A stretch of DNA of 64,000 nt from a virus (taxonomy: Duplodnaviria > Caudoviricetes), in IMG/VR virus record IMGVR_UViG_3300014204_000015, positions 1 to 64,000 of that record; one strand, given 5' to 3'. The notes below the pieces were generated by a model. It had not been told where the DNA came from. It worked only from the letters and a program-made list of their open reading frames with translations, and did not search any database. How positions within the stretch are numbered: the stretch's first letter is position 1; every line of letters starts with the position of its first letter. The position numbers and the translations under genes were made by a program. Shown in pieces: positions 18,650 to 27,966 of the stretch.

Positions 18650-19145
18650 TGGACAGACTCGCTAGTTTTCGATCACACTCCAAGACCCTTGCTTGGAGGC
18701 CTTCCAGTCGTCGCCGCATACCTCGCAGATTCAGTTCCGCCGATTCCATTCTTAGCTTGTTATCCGTGTCCCTGTATCGCACCTTCTCGAAGAGGGGCAA
18801 AGACCTTTGAAGACCCCATTCCTCCAATGCTTGTATATGGACCTTTAGGCCTTCGGCTTCCTTCCAGTCCCGTAGCCTACGCTCTGTCCAATACTGGATC
18901 TTGAGCTGCGTGAGTTTCTTCTCATCCTCGGGGGGCGGTATCTCGGGGCCTTGATAGCTCGTTGTTGCATATCGCCAGCCGTCGGGGAAGAGCACGCGGG
19001 TATAGGCGGGGAACTTCGCGTCAACGTCCTCTAGTTCCACTGGAATCGGTTCTCCGTGGACCTTACAGAAGTTGTCGTAGTAGGCCTTCCAATCCAATAC
19101 TGCTCGGTTGAGTTCAACCTCTACCAATTCACTACCGGGTATCAT
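18642..19145 (-). CDS. Hypothetical protein
   Basis: 167 aa, coupled to neighbours. Confidence 0.6.
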   Translation of the reverse strand: MIPGSELVEVELNRAVLDWKAYYDNFCKVHGEPIPVELEDVDAKFPAYTRVLFPDGWRYATTSYQGPEIPPPEDEKKLTQLKIQYWTERRLRDWKEAEGLKVHIQALEEWGLQRSLPLFEKVRYRDTDNKLRMESAELNLRGMRRRLEGLQARVLECDRKLASLSNV

Positions 19146-19357
19146 GGTAATCGTCTCAACTTTCGCTTCACTTTATGGTTACGACATTCGCCAACCCTTA
19201 CCCCCAAACAATCTACAAAGCGCAGCCCGTAGCGAGTTTGCTCAACCCACTCTTGCACGATAGGTGTAGCTACCGACTGCCCACGGGGGTGATGAGTGGC
19301 TCGGCTAGCCGCTACTCGCTGACGCCATTTACGTCGGTTCTTCTTTCGACAATACAC
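19142..19357 (-). CDS. Small basic hypothetical protein
   Basis: 71 aa filling the gap between coupled genes. Confidence 0.4.
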   Translation of the reverse strand: MYCRKKNRRKWRQRVAASRATHHPRGQSVATPIVQEWVEQTRYGLRFVDCLGVRVGECRNHKVKRKLRRLP

Positions 19358-19358
19358 T

Positions 19359-20936
19359 CTAGGCCGCTCCTGCTCTAGGCCTTCGGGCCTTCTTCACCAA
19401 ACCGTAGTAACAAAGCACCGCTGAGTCCAGCTCGTCGGGGCTATGGCCTATCATGTCCACCATCGTCTTGACTGTGCTGCTCTCGGAGGTTGGGGGTTTA
19501 TGCTTTGGAGGTAACCACAATCGCCCTTCCTTGTCGTACAATTTAGGTATGACTCGCATCTGATCCATGAGGTCAACCATCTCTTCGGGGATACCGAAGC
19601 CTGCTTCATTCCTCGCAGGGTCTAGGACGTTCGACAAGAGGCCGTACATCTCAGCACGCCTATTGAAATAAGTATACCTCTCTTCGTCTTCCAGCTTCCG
19701 AGTTTCCAACGTAGTCAACCCCCGCTTCTTCTCAGGGGTCACAGTTTCCCCAAAGCCCACAGTCCTTACAGCGTAGCCCTCTCGCCGCATAATGTCTGCG
19801 TGTTCCTTACCTCCTCCCCCTCGGTCAAATAGTACGTTCACAGGGTCCACCTTGTATTCCTGGAGAAGAGCAATCGTGTCTCCGACGATCACCGACGTAT
19901 CCGCCGTGCGCTTTACGATCTGCTTGATGAAGCCTAGGGAATCCCCTACTGTCCAAACCGTATTGTCGCCCCCTTCGGCCGGGTCTACACCAATCGCTCG
20001 TCCAGCTCGATGGCCATACAATAGTCGCAAAGCCTTCGCCCGCTCGTTAGCCCGGGTTAGCCGCTCTAGAGGATATAGCTTGATCTCGTCACCTTCATAG
20101 AAATCAGCGTCATGGCTTACGCACTTCTGGATCGGGTCCCAGAGGACTAGTTCCTTCTTGTACTGCTTGTAGCTCTTGACCCCAGGAATGATGATCTCAT
20201 CCGTAGCCTTAGAGCCCTTCGCCTCTTGGATCATCCCTAAGCGTACGTTGGGGCTATCCTTGGCTCGTATCCGAATCACCCGCCGATAGTAGCCTGAGCC
20301 GTCCTCTCTTGGTAAGTTTCCTCCAGGAATCTTGTTGGCGATATCTCCCTTAACTGCTTTGTAGAAGAAGTTGGTACAAGGCCAGGTATTCCCAATAATC
20401 AGAATCCGGTTAGCCCAAGTACGTCCCATAGTGTAAAATGCATTGTTGACGCTACTCGCTTCATCGACTACAAAGAGGGTCCTAGGCACACCATCGCCAG
20501 TATTAGCAATATGGTGGCCCTGCATTGCTGCAATAGTCTGATCGTTCGCTACCAACCCCGTTATATAGCTCAAGGGGCATTTAGCCCCCTCTACGATCTT
20601 GGTGATATTATGATGGTTTAGGACTAGAGGCCCCCCGTGCTTCCAATCCAGGTTGTATTTACACCTACGAATGCAATCCCCGATCTCACCCCAGAGTACC
20701 CGTAGATGGTCATCCTTAGCAGAGGTGGTTACAATCCTACAAGGATGGCGAGTCAAGAAGAACCAAACCACTGCGTAGCCGGCAATGAAATCCTTACCAA
20801 GCATATTGCCGGCTGGAACCACCGTTTCGTCGTCGTCTCGGAGGGAGTAGAGTATGTCTTTCTGAGGCCCGTAGAAGAGGGTATCAGGCCAGCCCCATTC
20901 GGCTAGAGCGATTGGGTCAATCCCCGTGAAGTTCAT
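19359..20936 (-). CDS. terL: Terminase large subunit
   Basis: Walker A-like AGNMLGKD, Walker B LFVVDEAS, nuclease IGVDPAEGGD and SPDELDS. Confidence 0.85.
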   Translation of the reverse strand: MNFTGIDPIALAEWGWPDTLFYGPQKDILYSLRDDDETVVPAGNMLGKDFIAGYAVVWFFLTRHPCRIVTTSAKDDHLRVLWGEIGDCIRRCKYNLDWKHGGPLVLNHHNITKIVEGAKCPLSYITGLVANDQTIAAMQGHHIANTGDGVPRTLFVVDEASSVNNAFYTMGRTWANRILIIGNTWPCTNFFYKAVKGDIANKIPGGNLPREDGSGYYRRVIRIRAKDSPNVRLGMIQEAKGSKATDEIIIPGVKSYKQYKKELVLWDPIQKCVSHDADFYEGDEIKLYPLERLTRANERAKALRLLYGHRAGRAIGVDPAEGGDNTVWTVGDSLGFIKQIVKRTADTSVIVGDTIALLQEYKVDPVNVLFDRGGGGKEHADIMRREGYAVRTVGFGETVTPEKKRGLTTLETRKLEDEERYTYFNRRAEMYGLLSNVLDPARNEAGFGIPEEMVDLMDQMRVIPKLYDKEGRLWLPPKHKPPTSESSTVKTMVDMIGHSPDELDSAVLCYYGLVKKARRPRAGAA

Positions 20937-21579
20937 TACTCACCTTATATATCTCACGTAGAAATGATAGACCCTGTTCCTTCAGCTGCCTGGTCCGCTC
21001 CCGCGTTAGGCCTAGTTCCTTACCAGCACTAACCAGCGTGTCTTCTTTGAGGAAGTAGGTCGTGATGACTACCCGGAGCCTATAGGGTAATTGAGCTACG
21101 TGTTCTCGCAGCTGCTCGATTTCATCTGGGTCGTATGGGGATTCGTAAACCGGGGCTTCTTGATCGTCCCAATCGCTTAGGGGTTGGGTAAGGTAGAACA
21201 CCCCCTTCATCTTAGGAATTTGAGGGACACGAATCAGGTCGCTGTAGTACATCGCTCGAAGGATATGGCCCTTGATATAGAACGTGATGTAGGTAGTCCA
21301 ATTTCCCTTTGAGGCCCGATACTTCTTCGAGCGAATCCCGTCGCAGATACCCTCGATGCCTGCTAGGATTAGCTCGTGGATTAGATTGACATCCCTACCC
21401 CGACGGGCCCTAGCAGCTAACCTCGCAGCGTGATGAACGGCCATACCGGCTACGGACCAATAGAGTCGTTCATAGGCCTCTTGATCCCCCTTCGTAGCAC
21501 GCTTGTAGATAGCCGTCACTTCCTTTTGAGGAATCGGCTTGTAGTGCTTCTTGATGTCCTGGAGGAGAGTGTCGATCAT
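20917..21579 (-). CDS. Sigma-70-family RNA polymerase sigma factor
   Basis: Region 2 (ELI..G..G...G...Y..SKG.W.TY..FYI) and region 4 HTH (TL...G.ELGLTRERTRQL...GL..LR). Confidence 0.8.
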   Translation of the reverse strand: MIDTLLQDIKKHYKPIPQKEVTAIYKRATKGDQEAYERLYWSVAGMAVHHAARLAARARRGRDVNLIHELILAGIEGICDGIRSKKYRASKGNWTTYITFYIKGHILRAMYYSDLIRVPQIPKMKGVFYLTQPLSDWDDQEAPVYESPYDPDEIEQLREHVAQLPYRLRVVITTYFLKEDTLVSAGKELGLTRERTRQLKEQGLSFLREIYKVSNELHGD

Positions 21580-22160
21580 TGGCCTTGTTCCTTTAGTAGC
21601 CGCTGTTCGATTGGGTCTACGTCGATAATCTTGGAGTGATCGCGGTAGAGGGCGTCGAAGTCGATAGTGAGCTTGGTCTCATTCTTCTGCGCCTCAAAGA
21701 GGCCCTTATGCCTCATCGCCAAGTCCAGGGCCGCTGCTAGAGGCATCAGCCTAACCTCTGTCTCCAGTATCTCCACGACGGTACCATCATCCTCAGTATA
21801 CCGCCGCGATATTTTCTGCTTAAATCCATCAATTGCCGCTGCTTCTCTTGGATCCAAATTCAGTAGATGCTGAGGATCAATAACCCCGTCCTCAGTGAGC
21901 AACTTCAAAGCATCCCTGGTTACGCAAGCCCATAGTCTCCAGATAATCTCGTGTCGCTGAATCTCAAACTGTTCGCGGTCTTTCTTCTGGAAAAACTCAA
22001 TAGCAAGTTTCACGTTTGGACTGGCTAATAACTTGCTAGCCGCCACTGCTGAAGTGCGTTTGGAATAACCAGCTTTAACAGCAGACTCAGCACCCTTACC
22101 ACTGAGTAAATATTCCAATACAAAACGGCTTTGGCGATCAGTCAATTGTAGATCATTCAT
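21576..22160 (-). CDS. terS: Terminase small subunit
   Basis: LT.RQ.RFV.EYL......AVKAGYS..T....AS.LL..P.V. Confidence 0.85.
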   Translation of the reverse strand: MNDLQLTDRQSRFVLEYLLSGKGAESAVKAGYSKRTSAVAASKLLASPNVKLAIEFFQKKDREQFEIQRHEIIWRLWACVTRDALKLLTEDGVIDPQHLLNLDPREAAAIDGFKQKISRRYTEDDGTVVEILETEVRLMPLAAALDLAMRHKGLFEAQKNETKLTIDFDALYRDHSKIIDVDPIEQRLLKEQGQ

Positions 22161-22229
22161 TAACCAACATTACCTCCTTCCCACTATATACTAGTCAAGT
22201 GAAACTTTCCCAAATCAGGTCGCAAGCGG

Positions 22230-22499
22230 TCAACAGGTAGCGGTAGAGGTTCTACTACCCACAGGGATTCCACATGACCTCAAATCCCTCAAAGAATCGG
22301 GGTGTATGTAAATCCTCCCGAAGACAATGAAGATAGCGGGCTGATCGGTGGTTACGCTTCTACCAAACCCTAATTGCTTGGCCCACACCTCATCGCTCTC
22401 TTCGTACTCCACGAATCGATCTGGGGGGAACTCCCACCGTGTAGCATATCGCGGTAGGTTGGGATCAGTAAACACTGGGATAGATAATAAGCTCATCAT
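22230..22499 (-). CDS. Hypothetical protein
   Basis: AGGAGCGA RBS before ATG 22499. Confidence 0.55.
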   Translation of the reverse strand: MMSLLSIPVFTDPNLPRYATRWEFPPDRFVEYEESDEVWAKQLGFGRSVTTDQPAIFIVFGRIYIHPDSLRDLRSCGIPVGSRTSTATC

Positions 22500-22506
22500 T
22501 TCGCTC

Positions 22507-22770
22507 CTAAGGTACAAGCACCAGAATCATAGCTCTCCTGCGACTCATTCCTGCGCGTCGCAGAAACCGATAGTCGTTGAGAAGTATTATAGCCACCCGG
22601 CGCATTAACAACGTCTCGGCACTACTACTACTCCCAACCCAAGACGTTACTACCAAGTAACTATAAACCGCAAGGAAGGGGAAGACACTACTATACCAAA
22701 TACCTAGGCAATCGCTCCTAACAAACTGTAGGTAAGCATCCAGTAGGTCATTCCCCTTCCTAACGATCAT
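22507..22770 (-). CDS. Hypothetical protein, possibly membrane
   Basis: GGAGGAG RBS before ATG 22770. Confidence 0.4.
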   Translation of the reverse strand: MIVRKGNDLLDAYLQFVRSDCLGIWYSSVFPFLAVYSYLVVTSWVGSSSSAETLLMRRVAIILLNDYRFLRRAGMSRRRAMILVLVP

Positions 22771-22772
22771 GG

Positions 22773-23105
22773 CTACAACTCCTCCGCGAAAAGAGTCAAG
22801 AATAGCTTCTTGAATCGAGCGGTAGTGTGTTCGCAACAACTCTGGAGGTCCATGATACGTTTCATCTCACGCCGTACCAGCTCCTTGGAGGCGTACCAGC
22901 CATCATCGGTCTCAATCAGATCCATCTTCACAGGGGCGATTTCATAATCAAAATGAGCCCAATTCCACTGAGGGATGGGGCATAATTCCCAGACGTTAGT
23001 ACAGCCCTTCTCCCGGCATCGAATCTTCTTGCCGTCCAAGAAGGCCTGCATCACTACAATCTTCTCCGAGGTCCTGAGATTGCTACGGCCCTTCTCTGAC
23101 ATCAT
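22773..23105 (-). CDS. Hypothetical protein
   Basis: AGGAGCGA RBS; W.....PQWNW..FDY.I motif. Confidence 0.6.
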   Translation of the reverse strand: MMSEKGRSNLRTSEKIVVMQAFLDGKKIRCREKGCTNVWELCPIPQWNWAHFDYEIAPVKMDLIETDDGWYASKELVRREMKRIMDLQSCCEHTTARFKKLFLTLFAEEL

Positions 23106-23113
23106 TTCGCTCC

Positions 23114-23446
23114 TTAGGGTAATTCAGGTAATTCCCGTATCATCGGGGCCAAAGTAGCCTCACTCGAAGGGTACTCATGACCGTTGAGACAAATGTCGAC
23201 ACCATTCCTATTCCGACTGACTCCTATTTCGCCGCACTTAGGGCAAAAGCCATAAGGGTTTCGCATCATACCCTTAGGCTCTGTCTTCTTCCGCTCAGCT
23301 GCTACCTCTTGGGTCATCTTCGCTAATTCTACGCTCAGCAGCGTGGTCTCAACCCGCGTTCGATCCGTGAGGGCTACCAGGTATTCTCTCGCCGCTCGGA
23401 GAGTCTCCCGAACCGTAACCCGTGTATCGCTATCCAGTTCCATCAA
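23114..23446 (-). CDS. Hypothetical protein with C-terminal zinc ribbon
   Basis: CPKCG...C.NGH.Y; AGGAG RBS. Confidence 0.6.
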   Translation of the reverse strand: MMELDSDTRVTVRETLRAAREYLVALTDRTRVETTLLSVELAKMTQEVAAERKKTEPKGMMRNPYGFCPKCGEIGVSRNRNGVDICLNGHEYPSSEATLAPMIRELPELP

Positions 23447-23508
23447 TTTCTCCTTCTCCTATTTGCCTAATACGGGAATAGATTATACTTAGTCTCGGGA
23501 AAATATTA

Positions 23509-23540
23509 TTACTTAATTACTATATATAGTAATTAAGTAA
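23509..23540. repeat. Perfect 32-bp AT-rich palindrome
   Basis: TTACTTAATTACTATATATAGTAATTAAGTAA equals its own reverse complement. Confidence 0.95.
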
Positions 23541-23653
23541 AGGCCAATATGGAAAAATCAACTTCCAAAGGCCTTAACAAACTCTCGGAAGGCTCGGTTA
23601 GCCCTTTCCCTCTCTCCCAGAACGGAATGTACTTGATTTCCTGATTGGTAAGT

Positions 23654-25045
23654 CTAGCCATTGCTTCGCTCCTTGACTACGCTATTGTAAAGAACCTGTA
23701 AACGCTCGGTCAATCTCCAACGCTCCCCGCCTACCACTCCCTTCACGACGAGTTTGAAGGGTTCTACGACTCCGATTCGCTTGAGGAATAGAAGTAGCTT
23801 TCGGCACTCGGCCATTCCTAGCGATATCTCCCCCGATATTGTTTTGCTCTGTACTCCTGCCTCCCCACGAGCATCAATAGAGCGCACTATGTCTAAGGTT
23901 CTCCCTCGGGCCGTATCCAGAGCCACTCGACGTACCCGATTCAAAACCTCCTCATCCACTTCGCTCTTATTGAATACAAACGCTAAGCACTTGGCTAACC
24001 TTACGTGCTGACTAACCAGTCGGGCCCCGAATTCCCTCTCAGCGTTCTCCTCCTGATGCTCCGACGGTCTTGCCCTTAGGTAAGCCACGAGTAGGCCCAT
24101 CTGAACTATCGCCCGTTTGGCTGAGGTAGGTGTGTCAATCGCTTCGAGTCCCTTGGCAGCGTTCTGCCGTAGGTGATCAATATACCCTCCAGTAAGGCTC
24201 ATGGCCTTCGCCAACTCGGGCTCATATTGAGTCTCGGCTTTCCCGTTCGCCTCTATGGCTAGGTTCCGCTCGGCTCGGTTGACTACCCGCCAAAGAATCT
24301 CCTCCTCCAAGTCGTAATCGATCTGTTCCATGATCACGCAATCTAGGAACCGTTCGCCTAGCTCCGACGAATCGATTGACCGGAGGGAAGAAGTCCCCGC
24401 GAGAATCCAGGTCATGCGCACGCCTTCATAGTCCCGGCTTATGGCGTTACGGTAGTGGGTCCGCGAAACCGAATCGTAGAGGTCGCGGGCCTCACTTAGT
24501 ATTTGGCCCAGATTGGGAGATTGAAGAAGCGTATCACCGTCTTTGGTCACTAGGGTCTTTCCCCGTAGCTGGCTAATCAAAGACACATCCCCGTCGTCTC
24601 CCCCACCTTCCATCTTGAAACCGCTATGGAATCCCCGAATCGTACTCTTGGCTAGTACATATTCGGTATTCACCGAAAGGGCTTCACACAATGTCGATTT
24701 TCCACACGCTGCTGGGCCAATTACCTTAATCCAGAGTTGGTCGCCAATCGCCTTCGTAGAGGCTACCGCCGCCAACATCGTAGCAAGAGCGTGGTCTAGA
24801 CCTTCTGTCCATCGTAGGGCTTTCCTCCAGGAGTTAATTAGCTCACGGTAGCTACAGCAGGGAGTAAGAGCTAGGCCGGGCCGAGAGGGACGGCTAGCAG
24901 GCGTTTTTACCCACTCCTCAGGCACGGGCTCTAGAAGGTCCAGCAGCTTCTTTAGCGCAAATAAACGCTGGGCTACGGTGCGTAGGTTTGATTCGGGAAG
25001 GGTATCGCTAGGAGCAATAGGCACGGTGACCTCCGGGAGCATCAA
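23654..25045 (-). CDS. P-loop helicase/ATPase associated with the primase
   Basis: Walker A GPAACGKST; C-terminal winged-helix-like region; primase two genes upstream. Confidence 0.7.
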   Translation of the reverse strand: MMLPEVTVPIAPSDTLPESNLRTVAQRLFALKKLLDLLEPVPEEWVKTPASRPSRPGLALTPCCSYRELINSWRKALRWTEGLDHALATMLAAVASTKAIGDQLWIKVIGPAACGKSTLCEALSVNTEYVLAKSTIRGFHSGFKMEGGGDDGDVSLISQLRGKTLVTKDGDTLLQSPNLGQILSEARDLYDSVSRTHYRNAISRDYEGVRMTWILAGTSSLRSIDSSELGERFLDCVIMEQIDYDLEEEILWRVVNRAERNLAIEANGKAETQYEPELAKAMSLTGGYIDHLRQNAAKGLEAIDTPTSAKRAIVQMGLLVAYLRARPSEHQEENAEREFGARLVSQHVRLAKCLAFVFNKSEVDEEVLNRVRRVALDTARGRTLDIVRSIDARGEAGVQSKTISGEISLGMAECRKLLLFLKRIGVVEPFKLVVKGVVGGERWRLTERLQVLYNSVVKERSNG

Positions 25046-25076
25046 GTAATCGTAGTGGAATCCCTAATTATAGGGG

Positions 25077-25589
25077 TCAAAACGGGGGTAGTGCCGACGC
25101 TCGAAGCCGTCCGTCACAAAAATCAAGCCAAAGGTCATGAGTCCCTTGCCGGATTATCTTGGAGGCAAATTGTATATCCCGTTTGCTCCAAGTACGGGCC
25201 GCTGGATGAGGCATATAAATTGTTCGGTATTCCAAATTCAGATTCCTTATCTGGTCATAGGTGCTTTGGGCTATTCGACCGCAAACGAGTAGCAATTCAA
25301 ACGGATACAACAGCAGTAGGTTCTCGCGGGTCCAATCGGTTTCGGGCTTGCCTTTATCTCGGGCAGACTTAACCAATTGAGGACAAGTATTCGTTACGAG
25401 TAAGTCAGAATGCCCTATGAGTTTGTAGAGCATCTTACCGCTCTTGTTCTCGGGGTTAATACGGAAGCATCGAGGGGCTTCAGCAAGGTAGTTAGGGTTG
25501 GCCATTGAGGTCTTCATTCGCCAATCCCACATCACATCGAGTAGTGCAACAACCTTAGTCACTGGAATTCCGGCCTTACGTATTACCAT
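25077..25589 (-). CDS. Divergent uracil-DNA glycosylase-like protein
   Basis: N.SG..L..L, VTN.CP, LLVCG..AQ, MPHPAAR motifs. Confidence 0.6.
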   Translation of the reverse strand: MVIRKAGIPVTKVVALLDVMWDWRMKTSMANPNYLAEAPRCFRINPENKSGKMLYKLIGHSDLLVTNTCPQLVKSARDKGKPETDWTRENLLLLYPFELLLVCGRIAQSTYDQIRNLNLEYRTIYMPHPAARTWSKRDIQFASKIIRQGTHDLWLDFCDGRLRASALPPF

Positions 25590-26470
25590 TGGCTTAGAAC
25601 ATCCCGTACATCGAAGCCTGACTTGAGTTTCGGATCGTAGTAGCTTTCGCCCCCACTACCCCAATGAAGGTAGTTAATGACTGCCGGAGGCTTAGAGTAG
25701 CTCGTAAGCAATCCCACTACCCGCCGTAGCCCCAAGAGGGCTCCTGGAGGAATGAGAGCCCCGGTGGTTTTGTTCAGGGCCGGAAGGTCGTTGTCGAACA
25801 TTAAGTTGACTGTCTTCCCCGAGAAGAGGCTACACCACTGCTCGCGGAAAGAAGTACATCCCGGGATAGCAATCACGTTAGCCTCTGATAACATGTTACG
25901 GTTACTAGCCGTCTCCCGAGGCATACCGTTCTCGTCCCAACGCCCTCGCTTCATCGTCTCCCATAAGGCCATACCATCCCAGGGACCCTCGCAAAGGTAG
26001 ACGGTCGGCTTATCCGGGTCGTAGAGGCTCATCCCGAAGATACCATGAGGCAATCCGGTAGTGCCGAGGGGCCGCTTCTTCCCGCCCGCTCGAACATAGC
26101 GGTAGAGCTGGCGCACCTTCCCCGCCGTATTGTAGCCGGGAATCATCCAGCAATTACGGTAGGGAGAGTAACAACACCCCCACTCCATGATCGTATCGGG
26201 CATAAGCCCTCTATCAACCGCTAGAGAGTTGTAGTCAGAAGTACGGGAATCAAGAGACTCCCATAACTTCTCGATGAATACCTCTGCGTTACCTCCTCCC
26301 TTCTCGTTTCCGACGGCGCAAGAAAGACAACGGAACATGCCTTTCTTCTCGTTGACCGAGAACTTTGAACCGCCGCAGAATAGACATAATCCAACATGCT
26401 CTTCGCCGGATTGGGAATCGAAAGTAACACCTTGGCATAGGTAAGGGTCCAGTAGGGATTTCTCAGCCAT
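25583..26470 (-). CDS. DNA primase (zinc finger + TOPRIM)
   Basis: CLFCG...FRCLSC; VYLCEGPWDGMA; LMFDND. Confidence 0.8.
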   Translation of the reverse strand: MAEKSLLDPYLCQGVTFDSQSGEEHVGLCLFCGGSKFSVNEKKGMFRCLSCAVGNEKGGGNAEVFIEKLWESLDSRTSDYNSLAVDRGLMPDTIMEWGCCYSPYRNCWMIPGYNTAGKVRQLYRYVRAGGKKRPLGTTGLPHGIFGMSLYDPDKPTVYLCEGPWDGMALWETMKRGRWDENGMPRETASNRNMLSEANVIAIPGCTSFREQWCSLFSGKTVNLMFDNDLPALNKTTGALIPPGALLGLRRVVGLLTSYSKPPAVINYLHWGSGGESYYDPKLKSGFDVRDVLSQW

Positions 26471-26478
26471 TACGCCTC

Positions 26479-26970
26479 CTAGAGGGTATCACTAGTGGGT
26501 GGTGTTCGAGGTTCAGCCTTCAGTGAATTGTCAGTTGTCAAGGTTTCTGACTCAAGCACGGCACGCTCGGCTGCGCGGTCACGGTTCTCCTCCGCAGCCA
26601 ACGTGTCGGTGTACCGATCAGGGTATCGCTGCCGTAGCTTGGCGATGTTAGCAGCCATGACCTCGCCCATATCAAAACCGAGAGCGTTACACATCTCAGC
26701 CGTGTACCAAAGGAGGTCACCTAGTTCCTCCTTCACATTGACAAGGTCCAGAGGCTTCCCGTAGTATATCCACCGCTCGATGGCTGCCGAGATTTCTCCC
26801 GCCTCCCCGGAGATTCCCATAGCCGCGTGGTTGGCTCGAATCGGGATGAGTTTGTTTTGGACCAACTCATCGTGACAATCGTAAGGCCGAAAGGCCATCA
26901 TCCGATCACGAGCAGCCCATTGATCACACTCGGTACGTGACGCCAGTTGTTGATACTCTCTTGGATCCAT
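26479..26970 (-). CDS. MazG-like nucleotide pyrophosphohydrolase
   Basis: HAAMGISGEAGE, KEELGDLLWY, NIAKLRQRYP. Confidence 0.85.
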   Translation of the reverse strand: MDPREYQQLASRTECDQWAARDRMMAFRPYDCHDELVQNKLIPIRANHAAMGISGEAGEISAAIERWIYYGKPLDLVNVKEELGDLLWYTAEMCNALGFDMGEVMAANIAKLRQRYPDRYTDTLAAEENRDRAAERAVLESETLTTDNSLKAEPRTPPTSDTL

Positions 26971-26981
26971 TAGTAGCTCCT

Positions 26982-27407
26982 TTAGTCAATATGCTTCCAG
27001 GTTTTTCGTCGAACAATTGCACTAATAAGAGTTTGGTTTACGCCATACTCGTCAGCGAGTCGTTGTTGAGAATACTTTCTGGGCTTATATTTCCTCCTAA
27101 TGGTCTTGATGTCTTCGCTGGTTAGTTTAGCCATTGGCTGACTTTCGCCCTTGAGTGAACGGCCTTTAGCAACCATGTCGTCCATATTATCCTGGAGAGT
27201 ACCCAAGAACCCCTCTGGTATGGGTCCGAAGTGTATCTCCCAACTAATACGGTGGGCCAAATACTCTCCACTGCTTACGGATAGCATACCATAGTCACAG
27301 GCCCCGTGATTAGAATCAAACAACCAGCACCCATCGACCTGTTTCTTAACTTTAGCCCAAAATCTTATGTCTCTGGATTTTGGAGGTCTTCCCCGGCTAG
27401 TACCCAT
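26982..27407 (-). pseudogene. HNH homing endonuclease gene with the catalytic core deleted in frame
   Basis: RFWAKV..CW..AHRISWE.HFGPIPEG joins directly to FLGT..DNM; the H.CDNP.CVNPDHL segment present in 37750-38226 is absent. Confidence 0.75.
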
Positions 27408-27966
27408 ACCTAACCTCCCAGAAAACAGTGTTATGACCGGGGACAGTTCCCCAACAAGTCGAAAACGCAGAGAACTCAACGACATGGCCAGGATACTCCT
27501 CCAGGAGATACTCTAGCCATTGATAGCTTAGGTCATTCATCGACCGTTGAACTAATAGTTTAGCCGCTAGGCCCCGGAGGCTTATAGGCCGCTTCCGTAA
27601 GGCCTTTCGCATCGGCATACTCCAGCAGTTCCGGGCTCCATAGAACTCCCAGCCCCAAACACCCTCCATGACTTCACCTTGGAGTACATTAAGGTGGTGG
27701 GGGGCCATTGCGCTGATGTAGACCTTCTCCCCGAGGGACTGCGCGGCGTACCACTTGACGGGTACCTTCTTATGACAAACGTCGTACCACGTAGGCCCTC
27801 CTGCCCGACGGTTACGGATATGGTAGCGTTGATCCAGGCCCATACGTAACCAGGGCCTATCCTCTAGCCACTCATCGAGGGTATTCCAAGTAGGAGAGTG
27901 ATTACCGAATTCAGAGGCTTTGTACCGCAACACGAAGTCTCGCTTTGATAGTACCGGCTCATGCAT
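27397..27966 (-). CDS. Hypothetical protein coupled to the thymidylate synthase homolog
   Basis: GGGAGG RBS; ATG overlaps the TS stop. Confidence 0.65.
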   Translation of the reverse strand: MHEPVLSKRDFVLRYKASEFGNHSPTWNTLDEWLEDRPWLRMGLDQRYHIRNRRAGGPTWYDVCHKKVPVKWYAAQSLGEKVYISAMAPHHLNVLQGEVMEGVWGWEFYGARNCWSMPMRKALRKRPISLRGLAAKLLVQRSMNDLSYQWLEYLLEEYPGHVVEFSAFSTCWGTVPGHNTVFWEVRYGY

